In this document: piece after piece, positions 8,339 to 15,161 of the stretch
How positions within the stretch are numbered: the stretch's first letter is position 1
Layout: each line of letters opens with the position of its first letter
Source of the DNA: an uncultured virus (IMG/VR IMGVR_UViG_3300036716_001108)
Taxonomy: Duplodnaviria; Heunggongvirae; Uroviricota; Caudoviricetes
Length of the DNA: 20,000 nt
Strand: one strand, 5' to 3'
Virus record (IMG/VR): IMGVR_UViG_3300036716_001108
The notes under the pieces: model-generated
The model's database searches: none
What the model was told of the DNA's origin: nothing
Seen by the model: the letters and a program-made list of their open reading frames with translations, nothing else
Translations under genes and position numbers: made by a program

Positions 8339-9389
8339 GAGTTTTCTCCGCCATGAAATTTAATCTATTAAATGTTGTTGCCAACCAACTATTTAAATTA
8401 GGTAGAGCTGTGTATAACTTATCTTCCAAAAACATTTTTTGAAATTTATGTTTAATAATTCTTTGGATTGGTTGTTCTAATTGATTCTTAACTCTTAACT
8501 TTGAACTGCCAGACATAATACCATCTGTTAAATCCATAAGTTTTTTATTCAAATGTAATTGTTCTTCTGAATCACTAATTATTTCACATACTTTATATTT
8601 GTCTTTATTTACTTGAGAACTTTTCAATATATCTTCTATTGTAATCTCATGTGGTGATTCAAGAAATGGAAACACTTTCAATAATGTTTTTAATCCTGCC
8701 CCTTTTATTCCTGGTATACCATCTGATTTATCACCATCCAATATTCTATACAATAAAAAGTTTTTAGAATTGACTCCATATTCATTTAAGATTCTCTCTT
8801 CATCATACATTAATTTTTTTGTAGGTGAATAGACTTTGATATTTTCATCAACTAATTGTAGAAAATCTTTATCGGTTGACATTATAGTAGATTTTGAATC
8901 TTTGAATAAATGTTTAGCACAATATCCAATCACATCATCTGCTTCTATATTTTCGATATTGGTAATGGTTAAAGGTAAACACTCAAGATATTCAATCACT
9001 CTATTTAATTGAGCAATCATCATCTTGTGTTCATCTTCACGAGTAAGCGAAACACCAGTAGTTCTATTCAAACGAACTGACATCTTCCTGCCCATTTTAT
9101 ATTCTGGAAAGATTTTTCTACGGCGGTTAGACCCACCTTTACCATCAAAAACTATGATGGTTCGTGTGGGTCTTACCATATTAATAGTATAACCAATTGA
9201 CCTTAAAAAACCAACTATTCCACCAATGTGGATCCCGTCCTCATTAGTAGTTGGTATAGCGGAAAAAACTCTAATAAAAGTGTTTAATCCATCAATCAAT
9301 AAAACCGAGTCATTTGGTTCACCACTATCAACCTTTCCGCCAGATTTTTTTATCTCTTCGAGTATAGATAAGTGTTTTTGATTAATCAC
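8331..9389 (-). CDS. 5'-3' exonuclease / flap endonuclease (T4 RNase H-like, PIN fold with H3TH)
   Basis: Motifs LLIDGLN, VFDG, EADDVI, STDKDFLQLV and GDKSDGIPGIKGAG.KT are present. The probable start is GTG 9389 with GAGG 6 nt upstream; the ORF track starts at 9401. Confidence 0.92.
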   Translation of the reverse strand: MINQKHLSILEEIKKSGGKVDSGEPNDSVLLIDGLNTFIRVFSAIPTTNEDGIHIGGIVGFLRSIGYTINMVRPTRTIIVFDGKGGSNRRRKIFPEYKMGRKMSVRLNRTTGVSLTREDEHKMMIAQLNRVIEYLECLPLTITNIENIEADDVIGYCAKHLFKDSKSTIMSTDKDFLQLVDENIKVYSPTKKLMYDEERILNEYGVNSKNFLLYRILDGDKSDGIPGIKGAGLKTLLKVFPFLESPHEITIEDILKSSQVNKDKYKVCEIISDSEEQLHLNKKLMDLTDGIMSGSSKLRVKNQLEQPIQRIIKHKFQKMFLEDKLYTALPNLNSWLATTFNRLNFMAEKTHG

Positions 9390-10482
9390 CGATGACCTCA
9401 TCTGTGAACTCTACATCATCAATACCAAGTTTTTCTTGATATTTTAATATAACCTTATCACAAATGATTTGATACACATATTCTTTTATTTCATCGTTAC
9501 TCGTAATTAACTCTTCCCAATCTTTAGATAAGAATTTATGTTCTTTACCTTTTCCATCTGTGAGAGTGTACCATGCACCACCTGATTTAACTAACTTATG
9601 TTCTTTAAGTACAGTTAACCATGCACCATAATTATCTATTCCTCTATCGAAGTACATATCATAATCGGCATGTCTTAATGGTGGCCCTAATCTATTCTTG
9701 ACAATCTGAGCTCTACACTTCATTCCCAATACATTTTTATCTGTATCTTTGATTTGCCCCATATTCTTTAAACGAATACGAGTTGAAGCGTGAAATGGTA
9801 ATGCTTTTCCACCACTTGTAGTCCAAGGGTCTCCAAACATTACTCCAAGTTTTTGTCTTAATTGGTTGGTAAATATTAAAGCAATTTTCTCTCTACCAAT
9901 CATTTGAGTAATCTTTCTCATAGCCTTCGAGATGATAATTGCTTTGGCTGTTGCCCAACCATCTTTATTAAAGTCCGCTTCTAACTCTACTTTTGTAGTA
10001 GCTCCAGCAAGTGAATCAACCATAATTGTTACCAATCTATCTTTATCTGATTCACGAACTTTTGTTACGATTTCTTCAATCGCTTCAAAGATATCTTCTA
10101 CTGTTTCTAAATGTAGATATAACATCTTATCCATTTCAACACCTATTACTTCCAAAAACTCTTGTGAAACTGAAGTCTCTGTATCTATATAGACAGCGAT
10201 TCCATCTTTCTTTTGAGTTTCTGCTAATATGTGGGCACCAAGTAGAGATTTACCACTTGATTCTAATCCATTGATTTCTGTAATTCTTCCAACTGCAATT
10301 CCACCATCTGGTCTATTTGATATAGCCAAATCTAACATGGAACTACCAGTAGAAATAAAATCTTTGATATCGGTAGGTGTTGTATCCGTACCATCAAGAA
10401 AGTATGCTACTTTAGTATCTTTGAATTTTTTATTTAGTGAGTCGGCTAATGTTTTAGCCAACACATCATTTACTGATGACAT
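9382..10482 (-). CDS. recA: RecA / UvsX-like recombinase
   Basis: ISTGS..LD, GRITEI.GLESSGKS (Walker A), YIDTE, MVDSL, NQLRQKLGVMFGDP.TT.GG.AL.F.AS.RI, VKNR and GGAWY are all present. Confidence 0.95.
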   Translation of the reverse strand: MSSVNDVLAKTLADSLNKKFKDTKVAYFLDGTDTTPTDIKDFISTGSSMLDLAISNRPDGGIAVGRITEINGLESSGKSLLGAHILAETQKKDGIAVYIDTETSVSQEFLEVIGVEMDKMLYLHLETVEDIFEAIEEIVTKVRESDKDRLVTIMVDSLAGATTKVELEADFNKDGWATAKAIIISKAMRKITQMIGREKIALIFTNQLRQKLGVMFGDPWTTSGGKALPFHASTRIRLKNMGQIKDTDKNVLGMKCRAQIVKNRLGPPLRHADYDMYFDRGIDNYGAWLTVLKEHKLVKSGGAWYTLTDGKGKEHKFLSKDWEELITSNDEIKEYVYQIICDKVILKYQEKLGIDDVEFTDEVIGD

Positions 10483-10506
10483 TTTTTTCTCCTATCAATA
10501 ATGTAA

Positions 10507-10568
10507 TTGGGTGGTTAGGCGTACAATAACAGCCAACTCTTGTTCTCAATCTGTGAACTGCCACCCAA
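10507..10568 (-). promoter_or_regulatory. Structured intergenic RNA element between ssb and recA
   Basis: A perfect 8-bp closing stem, TTGGGTGG (10507-10514) / CCACCCAA (10561-10568), encloses two short hairpins (GTTC/GAAC and GGC/GCC). Confidence 0.5.
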
Positions 10569-10583
10569 GTACGGGGTTCTTAT

Positions 10584-11345
10584 TTATGAATTAAATAGAT
10601 CATCGAAAGCATCTGATGTATTAGATACTTTAGACTTTTCCAATTCGGATGAAACAACAGTATCTACTTTAGTAGTAGATTCCTCTTCTTTTGCATCTTC
10701 TTTTGGATTCAACCATTCATTCAAAATCTCTGTCATATCATCATATGACAATTCTTGATAGATTTCTGTAATGTCCTGTTGTTTCTTTACGACCTCTAAG
10801 ACTGCTGGATCATCAGAAATAGGTGTTTGATTTGGTTTAACCCTAATATTTGTTTTAGGGAAACTTGCACCTGTTTCTTCAGCTGATAGAAATTCTACCA
10901 CGACATCACGACCATTTACTGGGTCTGTGATATCACCATAATCTGGGTCAGCAATAATGGAAAGCAACTCTTGATAAACCGTTTTACCAAAACCCCAAAA
11001 CTTCACACCTTGTTTTTCCTCACCTCTAACTATTACTGGAGCAAAAGTTCTCATTTTAGCTTCCAACTTTCGAGAAAGTTGATAGTCTTCTTTACTACCA
11101 CTTCCTCTTAGTTTTTGAGCAAACTCTTCAATAGGGTCTGGTCTACCAAAAGAAATTGGTGAAAGATAAGAACGGTTGTTCAAATTGTAGTGAAAGAATA
11201 ACTCGATAAAAGGATTATCTTTATTAAAAGCGTAAGGTACGATTCTAATTTGTGTTTTTCCTGGTTGTGGTTTCCAAAGACTGGAAGTTCGAGTGTTTGT
11301 GGTTTGTAACTGATTTAAGCGTTTTTTAATTGCATTTAAGTCCAT
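10584..11345 (-). CDS. Single-stranded DNA-binding protein, T4 gp32-like
   Basis: It contains WKP.PG...IRIVP, PF.E.FFHY, KFWGFGKTVY and DITDP.NGRD motifs and an acidic tail ending AFDDLFNS. It lies next to recA and has an AAGGAG SD. Confidence 0.88.
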   Translation of the reverse strand: MDLNAIKKRLNQLQTTNTRTSSLWKPQPGKTQIRIVPYAFNKDNPFIELFFHYNLNNRSYLSPISFGRPDPIEEFAQKLRGSGSKEDYQLSRKLEAKMRTFAPVIVRGEEKQGVKFWGFGKTVYQELLSIIADPDYGDITDPVNGRDVVVEFLSAEETGASFPKTNIRVKPNQTPISDDPAVLEVVKKQQDITEIYQELSYDDMTEILNEWLNPKEDAKEEESTTKVDTVVSSELEKSKVSNTSDAFDDLFNS

Positions 11346-11396
11346 TGTTTAACTCCTTATGTATTATTTGTTATTTTTCATTTGTTAATCAAGTGT

Positions 11397-11414
11397 AACC
11401 TTGATACAATAATA
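11397..11414. repeat. 18-bp direct repeat, copy 1 (AACCTTGATACAATAATA); putative ssb promoter/5' end
   Basis: Identical to 11966-11983. Confidence 0.8.
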
Positions 11415-11459
11415 AGTATCATACCAATAGCTTAAAATGTGATCTATTTTAATTAGATC

Positions 11460-11532
11460 AAAAAAAAAAGGTTCATTTCGTTTTTAAGTCTATTATAAGT
11501 GGAAACTAAAAATCGGTGAGAACCTTTTTTTT
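11460..11532 (-). terminator. Long inverted repeat flanked by A and T tracts; putative, possibly bidirectional, terminator downstream of ncRNA-1
   Basis: A-tract-GGTTC ... GAACC-T-tract outer arms with an internal TTTTTA/TAAAAA pairing. Confidence 0.65.
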
Positions 11533-11534
11533 AA

Positions 11535-11946
11535 ATTTTGGAAATTTTAGGGAATGTAGGATTTGCATACCTACAACTTTCTGCTCAGATTTTATTGCCC
11601 TTGTACCTAACACCCATCAGTTATGATGATTCTTCTCTGTCTGGTTAAGACTATCGAAGTGAGTACAACCTCTGTGTTATTGCCTTATCTCTCTGAGTTT
11701 AGATTGATTCAGCCATGAAAGTAGGATTTCAGTCTTACCCTTACCTACAACAAGGTCTAAAGAATTGCTTCTTTATGTGTTCAGAAAGTACATTAGATGA
11801 TTGATGCCTCAACTACTTAACCATTCGGCCTCGTAGGTTCACCACGAACTCATCTTGGATTACCTTATGGGCTTCTAAAGGATACCCATTGTTCGGTCAA
11901 TTCCATACAGAGTTTATAACTCCCTGTACTTTTCAAAATCCCAAAT
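11535..11946 (-). ncRNA. Large ornate structured ncRNA (ncRNA-1, ~410 nt), family unassigned; size and context reminiscent of ROOL/GOLLD-class phage RNAs
   Basis: No ORF-track ORF here. About ten complementary segment pairs were found by eye, several long-range, plus a 7-bp GCAA tetraloop hairpin and a terminal stem. There is a candidate promoter upstream and a terminator downstream. Confidence 0.7.
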
Positions 11947-11965
11947 TGTCAAAAAACTTTGTATC

Positions 11966-11983
11966 AACCTTGATACAATAATA
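11966..11983. repeat. 18-bp direct repeat, copy 2; putative promoter/5' end of ncRNA-1, overlapping the palindrome TTGTATCAA-CC-TTGATACAA (11959-11978)
   Basis: Identical to 11397-11414, with a 9-bp inverted repeat. Confidence 0.8.
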
Positions 11984-12036
11984 TATATGTATATAAAACC
12001 TCAAAATACATTTTATTTTTATTTTTTTCAAAAAAC

Positions 12037-12477
12037 TTTTGGTGATTCCAGAAGAAGTCGTCTGATCTGATTTCGGACTGCTAGCAGTGATTCTTAATCC
12101 TAATCACCAAAAACTTGTGGTGTCGTGGTTTTCTAACGATTCAAGTCAAAAGACTACCTTTCGGTCAACACCAATTTTGTGGAAAGGTAAGGACTCGAAC
12201 CTTACAGAAGCTTTCAATCGGTATAGTAGATTGATTAAATCTAACACCCTACTCACTCCACCATTATCTTGGTTGATTAATCATCTCAACCTTAACGACA
12301 TACATTCCAATTCTTTGAGATTTCAAATCGGTAGAAATCTCGAAACCACCACTTCGATTTCAAGGACTCGAAGCCCGTCCTAATTCTTGTGCCTTTACGC
12401 CCTTAGACACTTTTCAATCTTATCTCAATCTAATGAGTCGGGCTTTATCTAATTCAATCTTTATCATCCATTTCTTA
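12037..12477 (-). ncRNA. Structured non-coding transcript (ncRNA-2) of tandem modules, including a tRNA-like T-arm unit
   Basis: It lies directly downstream of a consensus sigma70 promoter with no long minus-strand ORF. Consecutive stems are AAGCCCG/CGGGCTT, GAGATTTC/GAAATCTC, GGTTGA/TCAACC, TCAATC/GATTGA, GTAAGG-TTCGAGT-CCTTAC, TGGTGTTG/CGACACCA and TTTTGGTGATT/AATCACCAAAA. Confidence 0.6.
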
Positions 12478-12483
12478 TACTAT

Positions 12484-12512
12484 AATATACAACATATATA
12501 TGAGAAAGTCAA
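12484..12512 (-). promoter_or_regulatory. Sigma70-type early promoter TTGACT-N17-TATATT
   Basis: Near-consensus -35/-10 with an A-rich upstream element. One of three similar copies; it points into ncRNA-2. Confidence 0.85.
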
Positions 12513-12529
12513 GCTTTATTTTCACTTTT

Positions 12530-12778
12530 TTAAGCTAATTCTAACATAGCAAAAGGAACATTATACAACCTACCATTCATATCAACAATAGCCTTCTTGA
12601 TGTTCATCTTAGTGATAACACCAGGAGTTTTCTTTGTCTTCTGAACAACGAATACATTAGCTCCAACAGTTAGTGAAGTTTTACCCAACATAGTCTTACA
12701 ATCATTAACGAATCTTGATAATTCATTTAAATCTGATAGTTTGTCTAATTTCCTTATTTTGTTTTTTATGTTTACCAT
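12530..12778 (-). CDS. Small basic hypothetical protein, possible KOW/SH3-like beta-barrel C-terminus
   Basis: 82 aa with its own promoter and an AAGGT SD. The pattern VGANV.V.......GVITKMNIKKAIV.......NVP..ML suggests the fold (inference). Confidence 0.75.
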   Translation of the reverse strand: MVNIKNKIRKLDKLSDLNELSRFVNDCKTMLGKTSLTVGANVFVVQKTKKTPGVITKMNIKKAIVDMNGRLYNVPFAMLELA

Positions 12779-12803
12779 ATTTATAACCTTTTATTTATAC
12801 CTA

Positions 12804-12833
12804 AATATACAACATAAATAGTATATAAGTCAA
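12804..12833 (-). promoter_or_regulatory. Sigma70-type early promoter TTGACT-N18-TATATT
   Basis: Shares the GCTTGACT...TATGTTGTATATT context with the 12484-12512 copy. Confidence 0.8.
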
Positions 12834-12845
12834 GCACTTTTTTAA

Positions 12846-13064
12846 TTAATTTTCAACTTTATTTATATAAACATGATTCACCGAATATGGTCTTTCTGAG
12901 TATTTAAACTCTTTATTTACTAAATTTGGTATCATATAACCAATAGTAGAGGCGAACCAATTAGCATCTAAATTTTCATTTGGAATTGCTCTATCCCCAC
13001 AACCTTGATCTGGAACATAAATTTCCATAGTACAAGTTACAAAATATCTTACATCTTTAGCCAT
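12846..13064 (-). CDS. Hypothetical protein
   Basis: The probable start is ATG 13064 (MAKDV), in TAATG overlap with the upstream gene; the ORF track starts at 13088. Confidence 0.65.
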   Translation of the reverse strand: MAKDVRYFVTCTMEIYVPDQGCGDRAIPNENLDANWFASTIGYMIPNLVNKEFKYSERPYSVNHVYINKVEN

Positions 13065-13297
13065 TAAAAATCGTGAGAATCTAACCAATCTTCAATTTCT
13101 TGTGGTGTCATTCTCCCGTCCTCTTGTAAATCTCTTCTCCAATCATCTTTTGTCATTCTATCCCACTTCTCAAAGTTTTGATTGGCTGTATGTTGCATAC
13201 TAATATAATTTCCCATTTCAAAGTGTTCTTGTTCTGTAATATTATTTTCTTTTAAATAATCTCTTTTTTCCATCGTTTTTTCGTCCATTTCCATCAT
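13064..13297 (-). CDS. Small acidic hypothetical early protein
   Basis: 77 aa and D/E-rich. It begins a few bases after the promoter -10, so it is nearly leaderless or uses a downstream Met. Confidence 0.7.
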   Translation of the reverse strand: MMEMDEKTMEKRDYLKENNITEQEHFEMGNYISMQHTANQNFEKWDRMTKDDWRRDLQEDGRMTPQEIEDWLDSHDF

Positions 13298-13308
13298 TAT
13301 TACACTAT

Positions 13309-13337
13309 AATATACGAAAAGTATGGCTCAATGTCAA
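13309..13337 (-). promoter_or_regulatory. Sigma70-type early promoter TTGACA-N17-TATATT
   Basis: Perfect -35, 17-bp spacer, and the GTATATTATAG -10 context shared with the 12484 copy. Confidence 0.85.
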
Positions 13338-13345
13338 GCTTTTTT

Positions 13346-13597
13346 TTAACTCGGCATATAACTATGTATATCTTCTATCTTATATTCTTTATCATTTGTA
13401 GCAGTAAATGTTGTTGGTAAATTATCCCATTGTCCTTTAGGTATCTTACCCATATCTGTCATTGAACCTTTCTCTCTTTCGGGCGGTAGTCCTTCTAAAT
13501 CACAATAATCCCATTGTATCCATTCATCTGAATCATCCACTTGAACTAATGGTTTACTTGTTTGGAATTGGTGTAGTTGGTGTAAATGAATTCTCAT
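13346..13597 (-). CDS. Hypothetical protein
   Basis: 83-aa ORF tightly packed behind the upstream gene on the coding strand. Confidence 0.65.
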   Translation of the reverse strand: MRIHLHQLHQFQTSKPLVQVDDSDEWIQWDYCDLEGLPPEREKGSMTDMGKIPKGQWDNLPTTFTATNDKEYKIEDIHSYMPS

Positions 13598-13598
13598 A

Positions 13599-13946
13599 TT
13601 AATAGTATAAAAAAAACCTAAGAATAGGAAATATACCCCATACTACGATACATATTTTTAATAACCAAACAGCTGTTATTATTGGGGCCATAAAATAAAT
13701 TCTTACTAATAAAGCCAATACCATTTTAAATCCCATATTCCAATCACGCAAAGGCCATGTGTGTTCATAATAAAGTACTTTTGGATACCATTGATCATTA
13801 TATACAATATCCTTATCTTCATCATATGTTTCAAAATGAGTAAATGGCCAATCTTTTGTATATATTTTTTTCCAATGTCCTTTAGGCCAAGTTACTCTAC
13901 GATATACCGTATCTGGTGTCTTAGGTAAAGAATCATCCCAACCCAT
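13599..13946 (-). CDS. Hypothetical membrane protein
   Basis: Trp/Tyr-rich N-terminal half and a long hydrophobic C-terminal segment (1-2 TM helices). Confidence 0.7.
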   Translation of the reverse strand: MGWDDSLPKTPDTVYRRVTWPKGHWKKIYTKDWPFTHFETYDEDKDIVYNDQWYPKVLYYEHTWPLRDWNMGFKMVLALLVRIYFMAPIITAVWLLKICIVVWGIFPILRFFLYY

Positions 13947-13947
13947 C

Positions 13948-14568
13948 TTAGTTTCTTCTTGTTACTCTCCGTCCACCTGATGAACTTGATGAAGAAGAAC
14001 TTGTTGAAGAACTTCTTGTACTTGATACATTAGAACTGTTAGTTTGACCACTATTGTTATTACTTGATTCAGAAGTATTAGTTCTCGTTCTCGTAACAGT
14101 TAAATTTGTTCCAGGTGATTTAGTATCTCTTGTCCAAGTTCTTATTTTTGATTTATATAAATCTGTATAAGGTATGTGCATTGTATATCCACCTAAAGTA
14201 TAACTATTATTATAGTATCCACCATTATAATTGTAATATGGATTATAAAAATTGTATCCTCTACCATATCCCATAAACCCACTAAACCTATTATACATCG
14301 TTTGATATGCCATACCTAATGATTGTCCTGCTCCATCTTGAGCATATATCCCAACTGACTTTAGTGGCCCTGCTACTGAATACGAATAGAATTGTTCTAC
14401 CTCTTCATCCAGTTCTGGTGATGGATAAAACATAGAGAGTTGTGTATAACATCCCGATAGAGTCAAGCCCCCAAAGACAAATACACAACTCAGTAATATG
14501 TTTTTAAGTTTCGTTAATATGAAAATTTTAAAATCTATTAATCTGATTAATATGTTTGTAGGTTTCAT
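13948..14568 (-). CDS. Putative lipoprotein with Tyr/Gly/Asn-rich middle and Ser/Thr/Arg-rich tail
   Basis: A hydrophobic stretch is followed by the lipobox LSG|C (GLTLSGCYTQL). The tail is low-complexity (SSSSSSSGGRRVTRRN). The start codon is uncertain. Confidence 0.7.
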   Translation of the reverse strand: MKPTNILIRLIDFKIFILTKLKNILLSCVFVFGGLTLSGCYTQLSMFYPSPELDEEVEQFYSYSVAGPLKSVGIYAQDGAGQSLGMAYQTMYNRFSGFMGYGRGYNFYNPYYNYNGGYYNNSYTLGGYTMHIPYTDLYKSKIRTWTRDTKSPGTNLTVTRTRTNTSESSNNNSGQTNSSNVSSTRSSSTSSSSSSSSGGRRVTRRN

Positions 14569-14756
14569 TAATTATTCCTCTGACTATTAAAGGTATCTTG
14601 TTGTGGTGTATCTTGTATTGGATATGGATTAGATATTGTATATTCTATATTTGAGTAGTCAACCTTTTTAGCTGGTTGACCATCGGTTAATTCAACAACT
14701 ATAAGTGCTGAAATGAACCCTAAAGCGAAATATACAAAAGTTATGTGTGTAATCAT
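14568..14756 (-). CDS. Small hypothetical membrane-anchored protein
   Basis: N-terminal hydrophobic helix; overlaps both neighbours. Confidence 0.65.
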   Translation of the reverse strand: MITHITFVYFALGFISALIVVELTDGQPAKKVDYSNIEYTISNPYPIQDTPQQDTFNSQRNN

Positions 14757-15160
14757 TTTCCATGTTCTTTCACATTTATAATTTGAAAAATCTTTGTCGG
14801 TATTATATTCAGTCCTGTCTCATTAGTAAGTATCAATGAATTCTGAAATTCTGTCCAATCAACCATAAACTTTTTATCCAATATCCCATTATTCTTAGAA
14901 CGAATCACTTCATTTAATGCATTAATTGTATATAATGTATTGGTTTGTTTCTTTCTATGCAGTGAGATTGTATCTATTATACCTTCTTGAAATCCATCAT
15001 CAAACTCTACATTATAAGTACAGATTAATTGTGATGGATCATTTTGATTTGAAAATACATAAATCTTATCATATAAAATATCATTACACTCAATGATAAT
15101 ATTAACAACATCTTCTAAGTCGGTTTGGCGAGTGAATGTACATAGTAGTTGAGTTTTCAT
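14753..15160 (-). CDS. Conserved-looking phage hypothetical protein
   Basis: The QLLCTF...TYNV...TISLHRKKQTNTLYTINALN...NNGILD pattern is one I recall from large phages (not verified). The probable start is ATG 15160 (MKTQ). Confidence 0.75.
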   Translation of the reverse strand: MKTQLLCTFTRQTDLEDVVNIIIECNDILYDKIYVFSNQNDPSQLICTYNVEFDDGFQEGIIDTISLHRKKQTNTLYTINALNEVIRSKNNGILDKKFMVDWTEFQNSLILTNETGLNIIPTKIFQIINVKEHGK

Positions 15161-15161
15161 A

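Noticed and set aside
11535..11946. RNase P RNA or group I/II intron
   Set aside because: There is no GAGGAAAGUCC-type P4 signature, no recognisable group I core or group II domain V, and no interrupted host gene.
12037..12112. Hammerhead ribozyme
   Set aside because: The sequence has CUGAUCUGA rather than the CUGANGA core, and I could not assemble the three-stem GAAA/UH arrangement on either strand.
12179..12308. Standard tRNA, tRNA-Sec or tmRNA gene
   Set aside because: Only the T-arm is canonical. I could not build a D-arm/anticodon cloverleaf or a clean 7-bp acceptor stem, and there is no tag reading frame ending in Ala-Ala.
12087..12383. 98-aa plus-strand ORF in the non-coding block
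   Set aside because: It runs opposite to every credible gene and to the promoter, has a GTG start with no SD and no recognisable motif, and overlaps dense RNA stems.
11350..12480. CRISPR array
   Set aside because: Repeats occur only in pairs, without regular spacing, and there are no cas genes.
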